A stretch of DNA of 64,000 nt. Origin: the human T2T-CHM13v2.0 reference genome, Homo sapiens. The notes under the pieces are model-generated. The model was not told the DNA's origin. It saw only the letters and a program-made list of their open reading frames with translations, and did no database searches. A program made the position numbers and the translations under genes. Below are positions 42,663 through 57,439 of this stretch, piece by piece. Position 1 is the first letter of the stretch, and each line of letters opens with the position of its first letter. The DNA is taken from NCBI RefSeq assembly GCF_009914755.1, contig NC_060928.1; one strand, given 5' to 3'.

Positions 42663-42744
42663 TAATTGAAACACATTTTAAATTTCAGTTAAGAGGTTAG
42701 TGAAAATAAAGATGTAACTTTTTTCCCCCATTTAAGTTCATGGA

Positions 42745-43209
42745 TATCAGGCCTCTGAGCCCAGGCTAAGCCATCATATCCCCTATGACCTGCACGTATA
42801 CATCCAGATGGCCTGAAGTAACTGAAGATCCACAAAAGAAGTGAAAATAGCCTTAACTGATGACATTCCACCATTGTGATTTGTTTCTGCCCCACCCTAA
42901 CTGATCAATGTACTTTGTAATCTCCCCCACCCTTAAGAAGGTTCTTTGTAATTTCCCCCGCCCCTAAAAATGTTCTTTGTTAATTCTCCCCACCCTTGAG
43001 AATGTACTTTGTGAGATCCACCCCCTGCCTGCAAAACATTGCTCCTAACTCCACCGCCTATCCCAAAACCTGTAAGAACTAATGATAATCCCACCACTCT
43101 TTGCTGAGTCTCTTTTCGGACTCAGCCCACCCGCATCCAGGTGGAATAAACAGCCTTGTTGCTCACACAAAGCCTGTTTGGCGGACTCTTCACACGGACG
43201 CGGGAGACA
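42745..43209 (+). mobile_element. HERV-H solo LTR (LTR7B/LTR7Y-like)
   Basis: tatcaggcctctgagccc...aataaacagccttgttgctcacacaaagcctgtttgg...gaca; 5-bp TSD atgga/ataga; 465 bp. Confidence 0.92.
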
Positions 43210-43698
43210 ATAGATCCTTTGAATTCCATGGTCCTTAGGCCCTAGAGAATGAATGAAGTAGGTATTATTCAATACCTATGCCAGATCAGGCAGAAATTAT
43301 TACTAATTAGAGAAGAATGCCTCTTTTCCTCTCCTGATTTCCATGAGGAGGGATTACTTTCCCTTCGACACAGCTGGCTTCTATCCTTACTTGTGTTCTA
43401 ACCATAAGTAAGGTTCAGGTGGGTGCACTGTTAGGCTTCGTCTGCAAGGGGCAGAGATCTGAAATGGCGGTGGATTAAACAAGGTAAAATTTATGCCCCG
43501 CTCACTTAATGTGAAGGCAGACAGTGCAGGGTGGGATAGCAATTCTGCCCCATGACGTCGTTCTATCTGCACTGTACATGATGCCTGTCAATCTAGGTGC
43601 CCCACCTCCAGTCAAGGGTTGGTCCAGTGATCTACTCTAGGCCAATCAGATACTCTCTCTGAAACTGGCATCTGGAGTGAATTGTCCATAAGGACTGA

Positions 43699-44153
<455 letters not shown>

Positions 44154-44678
44154 CTTTTTAAAAATTTTGATTCTATGAATTACTTCTGTTACTTTCTAGT
44201 TTAAATCACCCAGAGTTAATTTTTGTTCCTTAAAGTTAAATAACCCTAACAGGTATAGAGGCAGTAAAGCGTTGTTCAATATCCCCTTTGTTGTGGGCAG
44301 TTTCCATCTTCTATGCAGATATTTCTGCACATATAGTAATCTGTGGGAAAAAAGGACTTTTTAGACAGAAGACAAGCTGGAACTTGGCTGAATAGTTAAT
44401 AAAAATAGGAAAATCTGACAGAGATGACCAGGAAACAGTGAATAGAACAAGGAGAGAAAAAGACAAATGAGAGGGTGGCTAGAAATATGTTGACTGGACA
44501 AGAACCCTGTTTAGGGTTGGAGACCGGGGTAGATTTCATCTATGTATGGCCAAGAGTTTAGGAAGAACTCTGGTGGGGACAGAAATAGATCCAGAAGTTT
44601 GTAGTCAGCCTCTGTATTAGTTAGAGGAGAGGATGTGCTGGAGATGAGTTGGATACCAGTGATCCTGGGCTCTCTGAC

Positions 44679-45059
44679 CAATATGGTTTGGGTCTGTGTC
44701 CCCACCCAAATCTCATGTTGAATTGTAATCCCCAGTGTTGGAGGGTGGGGCCTGGTGGGAAGTGAGTGAAACATGGGGGTGGATTTCCCCTGGGTGCTGT
44801 TCTCATGATAGGGAATGAGTTCTTATGAGATCTTGTTGTTGAAAAGTGTGTAGCACCTCCCAGTGTCTTCCTCCTCATCTGGCCATGTAAGACATGCTGC
44901 TTCCCCTCTGCCTTTTGCCATGATTGTAAGTTTCCTGAGACCTCCCCAGTCTTGCTTCCTATACAGCCTGCAGAGCCATGAGCAAGTGAAACCTCTTTTC
45001 TTTATAAATTACCCACTGTCAGGTATTTCTTTATAGCAATGCAAGAACAGACTAATAGA
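44679..45059 (+). mobile_element. MSTA-like solo LTR
   Basis: atatggtttgggtctgtgtccccacccaaatctcatgttgaattgtaatcccc...ctttataaattaccc...gactaata. Confidence 0.85.
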
Positions 45060-46129
45060 CTAAGGCTTTTCTACCAACCCAAAAGTGTTGGCATGTGAGA
45101 CTGTTTTCTGTACCTTCCGTTATTTATCAAGACATGGATTGGATCTTGATAAATAGTTGCACTTGTTTTATAGTAATTCTCTGTATTGACATACTTTTGA
45201 CACTCATTTGTTTATTCATTCAATAACTTTATTGGGTGCCTACATAAATATTTATTGAGTGCTGGTTTTTGTTGTTGGTGCTAAGTACATAGTAGTACAA
45301 AATATAGTTCCTCCCTCATGGAGATAGATAACTGTGGAGGAGAGAAAAAAAAGCAATTAAGTAGAAACATATAATTACAAAATGTGTGCCAAGTGCTCAA
45401 AAGGAAAATTGCTGGCTTTGAATAGAATGTAACATGTGATGGTGTTTTACTACCAAAGGAGAGACAAGAGGGAAAAACTTTTCTTCATAAAGAAAGTTCA
45501 CAAAACTTATTATGGTAGTAGGAGCCTTGTACTTTACCCGAGAGGCCTTTTCCTTCCATTTTCATGAGCTCACCTTAAAACGTAATTCAAAGAATCTGTA
45601 AGATGTAACGTATTTTGGTTTTTACTTTATGTGTTGTAGGTTGTATCTGGAAACTGAAGGCAAGCTTTGAGGAGACTTCTTGGGCCAGTTGATGGACATT
45701 AAACCTGGTTGAGAGACAGGGACATGAACTTGTGACCTTAAGTTGTCAGTAGGGAAAAAACTTAAAAATAGTGTTAAGTTCTGTTTGCCCTTGAAGACAG
45801 GGAAGATAATCAGGTTAATTTAATGAATACATAATAGGGGTTTGCTGATCTCAGCTGTCATAGAGCATTTTTATTTGACTAAATTTCCTGAACATGTTGC
45901 TGGTTGATTTGTTATCCTGTAAGAAAAGACCAGACATCATCTTTTCATATTTGTTCAGTGTTTTGGTGATTTGACCATTCACTGAAGACCATTATGTGCA
46001 TGATACTCTGAAGGCTACATTGTAACTACCAGAGTGCTTATGGAATAATCTAGAATGGAAGGATTTTGCAACCTAATAGAATCTAGGATTCTTTACGTAG
46101 GGCATGAGTGGCCTTTGAAAGAATGTCTT

Positions 46130-46149
46130 AGGCGCCATCTTGTGGTCAG
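46130..46149 (-). promoter_or_regulatory. CTCF core motif
   Basis: Minus strand TGACCACAAGATGGCGCC, a close match to CCASYAGRKGGCRS. Confidence 0.65.
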
Positions 46150-46305
46150 CATTATGAATGCATTGAATTCAACTCATCCTCAACTTGCTGGAGACTGCTT
46201 ACAAAGTTCATGACGGCTTTCGGGCTGTTGAGACTTGAATACATTTCTCCATAGAACCAATGTCACAAAGGGAGGTTACATTATCCTACTATGGCAAAGA
46301 CCTAG

Positions 46306-46970
46306 TATATTAGTCAGGTCTTTTTCAGCATCAGGTGACAGAAACCTATTTCAAACTGGCTTCGGCAAGAAGGGGTTTTCTCACAGAAGAAGGAATTGCT
46401 GTAGGAACCAGGGCCTTTGGTTTTATTCCATCTTGCTTCAAGGAAGGTTGTTATCAGAAATCCAGATTTTGAATAATTTTCCACATTATGACTCAGCTAG
46501 CTACAAGCAGAAGAATCTCAAGGAAGGACCCTGGCCTGATTGGGTCTCATGCCAAGCCTTGTACCAATCATGTATTCTGGGGAATGAGACACCATGAACA
46601 GCCAGCTTGAGTTGGGTGATCATCCTCAGTGGTTGGGGGGTGGAGAAGAAGAGACAGAATATGTTACCTTAGGAAGGGAGTGGGAAGGCTTGCTGGGCAA
46701 ATGAGCAAACTAAAAAGAGCAACCGCAACCTATCGCATTCTGCTACTGAGATACCAGAACACATCCATACCCTTCTCCCCATGCATGCAATTCCCAAAGT
46801 GCCTAAATGCTGTAACTTTCCTGAGTAGACACAGTACAAACTCATCTTCTTCCCAAGAGGAATTAAAGACACATTGAATTGATGTGTTCAACACCACGTC
46901 TAGGATTTCTGGATGATGTGTGTTCCTCTTAGGTTCAGAGGTAGTGTCTACTCCAGGTCCAATAATCTAT
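46306..46970 (-). mobile_element. Old MLT1 LTR plus adjacent internal fragment
   Basis: tatattagtcaggtctttttcagcatcaggtgacagaaacctatttcaaactggcttc... motif. Confidence 0.55.
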
Positions 46971-47688
46971 TTCCATTAAGAAAAAAACTTGACCACAAAG
47001 CCAGTTATTTAATCTATTTTGGATTCACTTAACATACCTTTTAAGATTTCCAAAAGAGACAAATCCTGTAAGTGTCTTATTTTATTGAGTTAAACACTTG
47101 AAATCTATTTATTCATTTAAATCAGTATTTTGAGTAAGTGTTTATATGAGCCCCTAATATTTGTCAGGTATCATTTTAGGTGCTAGGAGTACATCCCTCA
47201 TTTCTCTGAACTTAAAGACATGAGCAAATAACTAAGCAGTAAGGGGCTGTAATTGCAGTATTAATTGCATGTATGTTCTATTTGTACCATTTTTACAGAA
47301 TTGTATGTATTTTACAGGTGGTATTTATGAAAATTGAAACCATAGAAATAAGAGAATCTCACTGATACAGAGAACAGGGATAAATAGAACCTCAAAGAGT
47401 TAGAGTTATTATTAGGACCAATTTTAAGTTGGAAGATACTTGGCAACAGTTTGTCAAAAATGATGGAACCGTTTTCTTCCTTTTCCTAGTTTATGTGGAC
47501 TTTTGTTCTAGCAAATTTTGGTTTGTGCATTTGAGGGCCAATTACTCATGAAGCAGAATATTTGAGTCCATTTGCTTTATTCACTAACTGGTTGTCCTAC
47601 TGGCATTTCTAATTTAAAACACATTGAATGACCTCCTAAGACAAACATCTAGCTTAATGATTAGAGGGAAGGATTGGACAGTACTTCA

Positions 47689-48021
<333 letters not shown>

Positions 48022-48880
48022 GTCACCAATGTTTACTCCTGGCTTCACTCTTATTAGCTCTGTGACCTTCAGCAAGAGTCTTAGCTTTCTTAGTTTTCTC
48101 ATTTAAGTAGTGGTACTCAACTTGTACTAGTACTCAACTTGTAAGGTCATTGTGAGTGTTAAATAAATATGTCACCGTATTAGCATATAGTAAGGGCTAT
48201 ATACATGTTGAAAGAATAATTAGAAAAAAGTGAAGCCTTTCTTAAGTGCCTTTTAAAAGTAGGCACTACATGGCTAAAATCCATTTATTAATGCTATAGA
48301 GACTTGATTATTGTTCATATAATTGATTATTGTTTGTTCATATAATTGATTACTGCTGTCTTAATTGGGGACCAGTGTCACTCAGAAAGAGTGTTGACAG
48401 TATGGAAATTACAAAAGATGTTGTTTTTATTTACTATGTTGAATGGTGGTATGAGGGAATCACTGGACTAGCAAAACTCTCTTAAAGTTTTGACATGGGA
48501 TGGAGTGTGTGGTGGTGGGGACCCTTTTTCCCACTGTTGAGGTTTTATTCTTGTGGAGGGAGCTCCACTAGTCTAGGATTTCTGGATGATGTGTGTTCCT
48601 CTTAGGCTCAGACATAGTGTCTTCTCTAGGTCCCTTCCTTGGTGTTTTTATGCCCCTTCCTTGCTCCTTTCTGGAAGATACGTCACTTATCTGACTGGTG
48701 AATGTGGAAGGAATAACTGACCAAATGGCTCAGCCTCTTCCCTTTTTCTCTTGGGAGGAGCCTGTCTTCTGGAAGCTTGCATTCCACTCTGATCATCCTT
48801 GTCATAAATGCACCAGGCAGGCCCTGTTTTTCAGAGGCTTGCCCAGTCCAGTGGTGCTTGGGATTCAAAAGATAAGCAGT

Positions 48881-49062
48881 GGCTGGGTGCGGTGGCCCAC
48901 GCCTGTAATCTAAGCACTTTGGGAAGCTGAGGGAGATGGATTGCTTGAGCTCAGGATTTTGAGACCAGCCTCGGCAACATGGTGAAACTCCATCTCTACG
49001 AAAAATACAAAAATTAGCCAGTCTTATAACCAGGTCTCAAAAAAATAAATAAAAATTTAAAA
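48881..49062 (+). mobile_element. Truncated Alu (left arm + tail)
   Basis: Left monomer, A-rich tail, TSD-like aaaaga..agcagt. Confidence 0.8.
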
Positions 49063-49289
49063 AGACCAGCAGTTTAATTCTTGAGTGCAATGTGATCTAC
49101 TTGCCTAGAGACGTAGCCTCATTTTTCAATATTAACAATGTGATATCTATTCTCCTAGCTGCCTTATTCTTTGGTCGGATTTCTTAATTGCCTCACAACA
49201 TTTGTGAGAAAGATGAATGTCATTTACCAAGCCTGTTGAAATCCCAGCAGTCCTGTTAACAATGAATTGTGCACATTCTACTGGGGACT

Positions 49290-49696
49290 TCCTTCCTTTC
49301 CTTTCCTTCCTTTCCTTCCTTTCCTTCCCTTTCCTTCCTTCCTTCCTTCCTTCCTTCCTTCCTTCCTTCCTTCCTTCCTTCTCTCTCTTTTCTTTTCTTT
49401 TCTTTTCTTCTTCCTTTCTGTCCTGAATCTCGCACTGTCACCTGGGCTGGAGTGCAGTGGCGCAATCTCAGCTCACTGCAACCTCTGCCTCCTGGTTCAC
49501 GTGATTCTCCTGTCTCATCCTCTTGAGTAGCTGGGATTACAGGCACACACCACCACACCCTGCTAATTTTTGTATTTTTAGTAGAGACAGGGTTCACTGT
49601 GTTGGCCAGACTGGTCTCAAACTCCTGACCTCATGATCCGCCCGCCTCGGCCTCCCAAAGTGCTGGGATTACAGGTGTGAGCCACTGTGCCTGGCC
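49290..49696 (-). mobile_element. Alu with (CCTT)n/(CTTT)n microsatellite tail
   Basis: Pyrimidine microsatellite 49290-49418 followed by antisense Alu; TSD gggactt. Confidence 0.9.
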
Positions 49697-50158
49697 AGGG
49701 ACTTTCTAAGAGCCTGAGTGGAATACACTTCAGAATTATCTATTGAAGGGCAAGGGAGCTAGGGTGTCTATCCACCAACTCCTGTCCCTCACTGGCTGAG
49801 GGTTGCTTAATTCCCTGGTACTTTTAGCTTGCCCATTTTGTCGCTAGCAGAAGTCCTCGGCCAGAGAAATGCAGGTGTTTGATGCGGGAAACCAAGAATA
49901 AGATGAGAACAATCTACTGAAGCGCCAAGTAACTTTCAGTGTGTCCTGGGGAATGGTTGGGGCACTCACAGTGCCAGCGATAAGGTTCTCTGAATTCCCG
50001 TTGGCTATGCTAGTACCCTTGCTCTGTGATTCCACAGATGTTTCCTTAGTCAAATCCAGCACTGGATGGGTTTATTCTGTCACCTCAGCTGTAAGCTCTA
50101 TGTGGGCAGGGACCAGATGCATGCTATTCACTGTGGTATTCTCAAGCCTAGATGATCA

Positions 50159-50699
<541 letters not shown>

Positions 50700-50912
50700 T
50701 TATGGTCCTAGAAAAAGGGAGATCACATATTTTCCTTTCTTAGCAAAAATTGTTATCAAGGAATAGTTTCCATGAAGGTAAAACAGAGTAAGAGATTTGT
50801 TCTATTTGAAGTATTTTAAATAGGTTCTGTTTGTGAAGTTACTTGTCAAAGTTTCTCAACAGGAGAGAGATGGATTTCAGTGCTGAGGATATGATGATGT
50901 AATGTGACAACA

Positions 50913-50931
50913 TTGCCAGTAGGTGGTGCTG
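50913..50931 (+). promoter_or_regulatory. CTCF core motif
   Basis: TTGCCAGTAGGTGGTGCTG, a close match to the CTCF consensus. Confidence 0.6.
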
Positions 50932-53900
50932 TTTCACGTAGCATTAGAAGCTTTATGGCTTTGGATTCTGTAAATAGAGTTCACAACATTATTCTCGAAA
51001 TGAATTAGATTAGTTTCCGAACGGTTGATAGGATTTTTAACGTCAGACAGGCAATAAAAGAGAAAGCACCAAAATCAGTCACCCCACTCCATAAGCAAAA
51101 AAGTCTGAGGGAGATAAAATCTGTAATTCATACAACTGCAGCCAATATGGGGAAGAAATAATAAAAAAGAAAAAAATGGCTAATTCCAAGTTGATTATAT
51201 GCTCCAGTGTGGCCTGGATAATTCCAGTTTTGAAATACTATTCTGGATGGGCACATATGCTGAGAAAAATTCAGATATAATGGATAGTGGATAGTTTTTG
51301 TTATAGAGTCAAGAGTTGCTTGAATAGATAGCTTTAAGATGAACTGGGAAGTGCTGGGCTTAACTTTGTGAATTACCACATATGAAATACAATTATGCTC
51401 ACAAATTACTATATTTAAAAACAGCTCACAAAGTAATTCTCATACTCCTGCATTTATAACTTGACAAACTGCTGAGCTGTCTTAATATTTCAATTGAATC
51501 TAATAAACACTTACTGGGGGTCTACTGTGTACCAGGCAGTCTGCCAAGCACTGGGAATCCACAAATTTTAGTAAGACAGAGCCCTCCCTTTGAGATTAGC
51601 CTTTAGCCAGGGGTTTTTAGGCCTTATAGAGACACTGCTTCTTTTCCATCACAGCCAAAGAACTCAGTCCAAGAGCTGTGGTGCAAGGAGAGGAGTGGTT
51701 GTTCCCTGCCTCCATGGTCTTCCTGTAGCAAGGTCTCTGCTCCTCTATACGAAGACCTTGTTTAGTCTGGAGGCAACCAAGAAGTAAGAATTGCCAACAC
51801 ACTGGTTATTCCTCTTGCATCACTCCTTTCAATGCAGAGGGAAGAACTACGGTCATTTTAGATGTTTATCAAAATCCAGTTAATAGATTTAAAAAGGATT
51901 ATCATTCATCATACCTAAATGTCATAATCACTCCCTTTTCCAGGATGCCCGAAGAAGGCTCAAAGACACAGTGAAATGGCCAAAATAATATTCTAGGACT
52001 AGCCTAGAATATTCTAGTCTTCTCGCAGGTTCTAAAATGACAGCTCTAGTGCCAGGACACTAACACGACTGCCCCGAGATTTACCCCTTCCTCTCCCTCC
52101 AGAAACATTTGAGACGACAAAAGTTTTCCCATGCAGCAGCAGAAAGCTATCCAATTACTTTCTGGGGAGTGAAATCTTTTAGAAGACACGAACATCAAAG
52201 ATTTTGAAATGGGGTCAAAGAACAAGGGTGTCTTTGGAAACACACAGTCCTGGTCTGGATTCCAACCTAATTTTTCAGCCGTGTGATTTTGGGCAATTTA
52301 CTAAGCCTTGGCTTTCTCCCTTAAAAACAGGAATTATCATTCCTAGCTCTTAAGATTGTTGCAAAGTTTGAAATAGGATAATCTATGGAAAAGCACCTAT
52401 AATAATTCCTGGCATGGTGGGCATCCTAGAAAGTGTTAGGATTCTCCCTTCCTTCTTTGGAGGGGATATTGGTCATCAGTTATGTGATCATCAAACCACA
52501 TGTAAGCATGTTTAGTATCCAAGCCATGTCATCAACACAGACCCATCGTTTCCTCCTGACCTGCTACTAATGCCCCTTATTTTGATAATAATGTCAATAC
52601 GCTCTTTCATGGTAAAGTCAATGAACAGCTATGATCATGAGGGCTAATTCTGAAAGCATTCATAGGCAAATCCAAAGCAGGAAGAGGCTATTTATATTTT
52701 TCCTTAGTTTTCTTATAAGAGGCGTACCTGAAAGCTGGCGTTCTGAAAGAAACTGATTAAATGACGCATCATTTTGATGCATTCCAGAGCCTTCCCCTTG
52801 TTTCCTGTGTGATTCTCAGCCTGCCAGCTCAAGTGAAGTGAGGAACAGCTTCTCTTCATATGCCATGCACAATATGGGAGCACAGCAGCTTTTGCTGCTG
52901 ATGAAAATATTATGGCCTCAGTTCTCTGTAATCAATTTACTGCTTTATGGACCCAAAGTCCTCCAGAGAATTTAATAAATTCACATAATGTTTCTAAGTG
53001 CTGCATTGTGCATTTGGAGCGCTGATTTAGCTGACAAATGTGAAAAATTCGTGTAGCTAGACAACTCCCTAGTGATTAGACATGTGTGGAAGCTAAAGAG
53101 ACCACGTTGCTCCAGAGAAGGTCAGCATTAACATAAAGCCCAGAATCTTCTCTTCACTAGCCTCATGTCCCTTCAGCTCTGATGGATAACACCATCTGAC
53201 CAAACATTTATTTGGGGGGTAGGGTTTTACTCATTTCCAGTGGGGCTGTACTTTTGATTCTCTAAAAGTCTGCTCTGGTCTAGGCAGAGTGAAGAATGAC
53301 AAAGTTAAAGGTGATAGTGTAATGTGTGACTAGGGTGGCACCTACGGATTCAGAGGATGAAATGGTCACTAAGTTATGCACGTTTGACCCTGAGGGATGC
53401 CAGAGGTTTCTAAGGGAGCATTTTGTGGGACAGCAGCACAGAGTCACTTGTTTAAAACCAGTTCCATTTAAAGTTATATTAACTCTTTCTGCACATCTCT
53501 CTCTTCCATTCAAATTTCTTTCCAAATGTAAACAGATTTACCAAAAATAATTATTAAACCACTTTATTACTCAAAATAATCTTCTATCTTTACTAATGTA
53601 CATATAAATATTCTGCATCATGATAACCAATCGATTACATTGTCCTAACAATGCCATTTTGTATTCCCCTTTTCCTCTTTAATGTTACTTCATACAAACA
53701 ACAAAAGCGTTATTTTGTGTCCATCAAAGTGGGCCACAGAGCTGTTGTTTCAAATAGGTTTTTAGTATTTAATTTCTGGTGCTGTATTGTTACAGAGACC
53801 ATCATTATTCAGAATTACTGCAGGTTTTACTGTTAATTTTAGCTTGAATTTTGGTTTTCAGCTCAAGCAAAGATTTAAGATTTACCTTGAGTTCTCAAAT

Positions 53901-54738
53901 TAGGGGCAATCTGCAATGGATATGGGGCCTAGAGATGTTGTAATAGCCCGTGTAGAAACAAGCTGACGCCTGTTGCACCTCCTATCCTGGTGATGGATGA
54001 CCCAGCTGATACCTCTACTCTGGCAGGCTCTGAGCACTGGATGAGTGACTGTGGACTCTCTCCTGGGGGACCCAGAAGGTTTGGAGCTGCTCCTATGGCT
54101 CTGGATCTGGGTAGAGACACCCAGATGCTTCACTGATGAAAAGGGAATGCCACTTCCTGTATTTGGATACTGTAAGCAATGCTTGACAGGTGATCTTTCT
54201 ACCACTGTCAAAACAGCCGAAGAGTTGGGGAAACAAAATGTGGTCAAGTATTAACAATCAGAGATAGAATGGGAATGAATATTCCTGTTCATGAAAGACT
54301 CTGTAAAACACTTAAAGAGGTATATTCTGAGCCAATATGAGTGACCGTGGCCTGGGGAACTGTATCAAGAGGTCCTGAGAAAGTGTGCCTGAGGTGGTTG
54401 AGTTACAGTTTGGTTTTATACATTTTAGGGAGACCAGGAGTTACGGGCAAAGACATAAAATCAATACATGGGAGGTACGTATTGGTTTGGCCCAAAAAGG
54501 TGGGAAATCTTGAATAGGGGGTGGTGCTTACAGGCCACAGGTGGATTCAAAGACTTTTCCGATTGACACGTGGTTGAAAAACTTCAGCTTTGTCTAAAGA
54601 CTTGAAGTCAGCTGAGCCTAGAAGGCCTGGAAAAGGAAGGTCTGGCTGCATTGATGGAGATTCTCTACAGATGCAAACTTCTCCTACAAAAGATGGCTTT
54701 GCAGGGGTATTTCAAAATATGTCAATAAATATGTTTCG

Positions 54739-55022
54739 GGGCTGGGCGCGGTGTCTCACGCCTGTAATCCCAGAACTTTGGGAGGCCGAGATGGGCAGAT
54801 CACTTGAGGTCAGGAGTTCAAGACCAGCCTGCCAACATGGTGAAATCCCTTCTCTACTAAAAATACAAAAAATTAGCCGGGCGCGGTGGCACGCATCTGT
54901 GATCCCAGCTACTTGGGATCACTGAGGCAGGAGAATTGCTTGAACCCGGGAGGCAGCGGTTGTAGTGAGCTGAGATCATGCTATTGCACTCCAGCCTGGA
55001 TGACAGAGTGAGACTCTGTCTC
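54739..55022 (+). mobile_element. Alu (S-like) lacking a normal poly-A tail
   Basis: Dimer ending gactctgtctc, followed by (TC)n(TA)n. Confidence 0.9.
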
Positions 55023-55028
55023 TCTCTC

Positions 55029-55970
55029 TATATATATATTTTTGAGAAATATATATAATATATATATTTTTGAGAAATATATAATATATATATTTTTGAG
55101 AAATATATATAATATATATATTTTTGAGAAATATACATAATATATATATTTTTGAGAAATATACATAATATATATATTTTTGAGAAATATATATAATATA
55201 TATATTTTTGAGAAATATATAATATATATTTTTTGAGAAATGTATATTATATATATTTTTGAGAAATATGTATTATATATATTTTTGAGAAATATATAAT
55301 AAATATATTTTTGAGAAATATATAATATATATTTTTGAGAAATATATATGATATATATTTTTGAGAAATATATATGATATATATATTTTTGAGAAATATA
55401 TGATATATATATTTTTGAGAAATATATATGATATATATATTTTTGAGAAATATATATGATATATATATTTTTGAGAAATATATATGATATATATATTTTT
55501 GAGAAATGTATATGATATATATATTTTTGAGAAATGTATATGATATATATATTTTTGAGAAATGTATATGATATATATATTTTTGAGAAATATATATGAT
55601 ATATATATTTTTGAGGAATATATATGATATATATATTTTTGAGGAATATATAAGACATATATTTTTGAGGAATATATATGACATATATGTTTTTGAGGAA
55701 TATATATGACATATATGTTTTTGAGGAATATATATGACATATATGTTTTTGAGGAATATATATGACATATATGTTTTTGAGGAATATATATGACATATAT
55801 GTTTTTGAGGAATATATATGACATATATGTTTTTGAGGAATATATATGACATATATGTTTTTGAGGAATATATATGACATATATGTTTTTGAGGAATATA
55901 TATGACATATATTTTTGAGGAATATATATGACATATATGTTTTTGAGAAATATATATGATATATATATTT
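55029..55970. repeat. AT-rich minisatellite, ~24-26 bp unit, roughly 36 copies
   Basis: Units ATATATATTTTTGAGAAATATATAT(A/G)AT grading to ATATATGTTTTTGAGGAATATATATGAC. Confidence 0.95.
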
Positions 55971-57325
55971 TCTCTCTCTCTCTCTCTCTATATATATGTA
56001 TATATTTGGGGGTAAAATATTTTGATTTTCTTCAGGGTCTGCTATCTGTCATGTGATCATATACCAGGGTCCAGTTGGAAAATTATTGCACAAGATATTT
56101 TAATTTCTAAAGGCTTTTGAGTGAACTCTGGCCTGGATGGTACCGTGCAGCACAATGCAGTGATACTATAAACAATATGCTTGATTGTGAAGCTTCCTGC
56201 CTCCCAGGAGTTAACAACAGATGATGAGAAATGGAAGGTTGAAGGTTTAGTGAAGTTCCCTTTTAAGAGGAGGATACTTGCTAATGAACATGCTTTCTAG
56301 AAGTTCAACTTTCTCCATGGGGAATGGCACCCAGTGCCAAATCTAACTGTGTTGTATTCTACCACCCATCCCGAGATGGTGGAGCTGAAACGTCTGTGCC
56401 GGGCAGAAAAGATTCCACATTATTACTGAAATGATAAACCTATGAGGCCAACCTGCTTGTGAGGTTGTGGTTTTATTTTTGCCACTATTTGGTTGCTGTC
56501 ATTCCTCATAAGTATGTCTCCACACTTGTCAGGTCAAATCTGCTGTCAATTGAAATACATAAAATGCATATCTCTGTATGTATACATATTTTTCATTTTC
56601 TAAAATGAACATCATAAAAACAGAAACATGACCTACAAAGGCAGGATACAGACTCCAAATATTGTACAGCAGCTTCATTTTTTTATTAGATTTTCTGTGT
56701 TTTCTTCCCCCCCAGTTGCTGGATAAAATCCATACAAATGAAATACTGGCTCACTCAGTAAATAATAATGAAAAGGTAAATTCATTTTACAGAGAAGCCA
56801 GTGCATGTAAGACATCATCTTGAATGACTGTGATTTTCTTGAACTGATCACCAGGCTATTATAGTCTCTCAAGAATGATATCTGGTTTTTAGGTTCTCCA
56901 ATTGTGCCTGCGACCTCTCCTTAACCCTTTGGCCCTTAAGAAACATTGACTTAAAACCAAAAACCATGTGCAACAGTATGCTGCTGAAATGACACAGGTA
57001 CAATTTAGTTCACATTAACTTGGAGTTCTGAGAGCTGAAGCACACACTGAGGATCTGGCCTCTCCCTGCCATCATCTGACCCCTCCTCTTGTATGTTTTG
57101 ATAGTTGTGATGTAATTATAAAGTTCTTTAAAAGAGCGTAGAAAAGAAATATATTTAGGGGTAAAATCTTGTTTTCTTTTTAAGTTCATTGTGTAGCTTA
57201 GAGTGTCTCCAAATCTGCCATATTAGGTTCCATTTTGGTTTTTGGAAAAGGCCAAATGTTTATGTAAGATATTTTTTGTTTTTTTCCTGGGTAGGTGGCT
57301 GACTTTTAAGTTGGTATACATATGC

Positions 57326-57439
57326 CAGAGAGGACCAGTTTCCTGGTTTGCCCCAAACTGAGGATGCTCCCAGGACATAAAACTTTCAGTGCCCAACCTG
57401 GGAAAGTCCCTGGCAAACCAGGATGAGTGGGTCACTCTA
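57326..57439. mobile_element. MER81-like hAT MITE
   Basis: gaccagtttcctggtttgcc...actttcagtgc...ggcaaaccaggatgagtgggtcactcta with inverted termini. Confidence 0.7.

Larger units (their letters stand above)
54286..56080 (-). mobile_element. MER4-group (ERV1) LTR interrupted by an Alu and a minisatellite
   Basis: attctgagccaatatgagtgaccgtggcc...ggttttatacattttagggagac; LTR resumes after 55995 (ggggtaaaatattttgatttt..ctgctatctgtcatgtgat). Confidence 0.7.

Noticed and set aside
54981-55934. 317/211/201-aa minus-strand ORFs with repetitive YIFLKNI peptides
   Set aside because: Translations of the AT minisatellite, whose minus strand happens to lack stops in all three frames; no gene context.
55029-55970. 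CRISPR-like regular array
   Set aside because: Units are contiguous with no unique spacers, there are no cas genes, and the DNA is primate.
57143-57180. aaagaaatatatttaggggtaaaat resembles the MER4 segment at ~56000 and might be another templated copy
   Set aside because: Short and AT-rich; cannot be separated from chance by eye.
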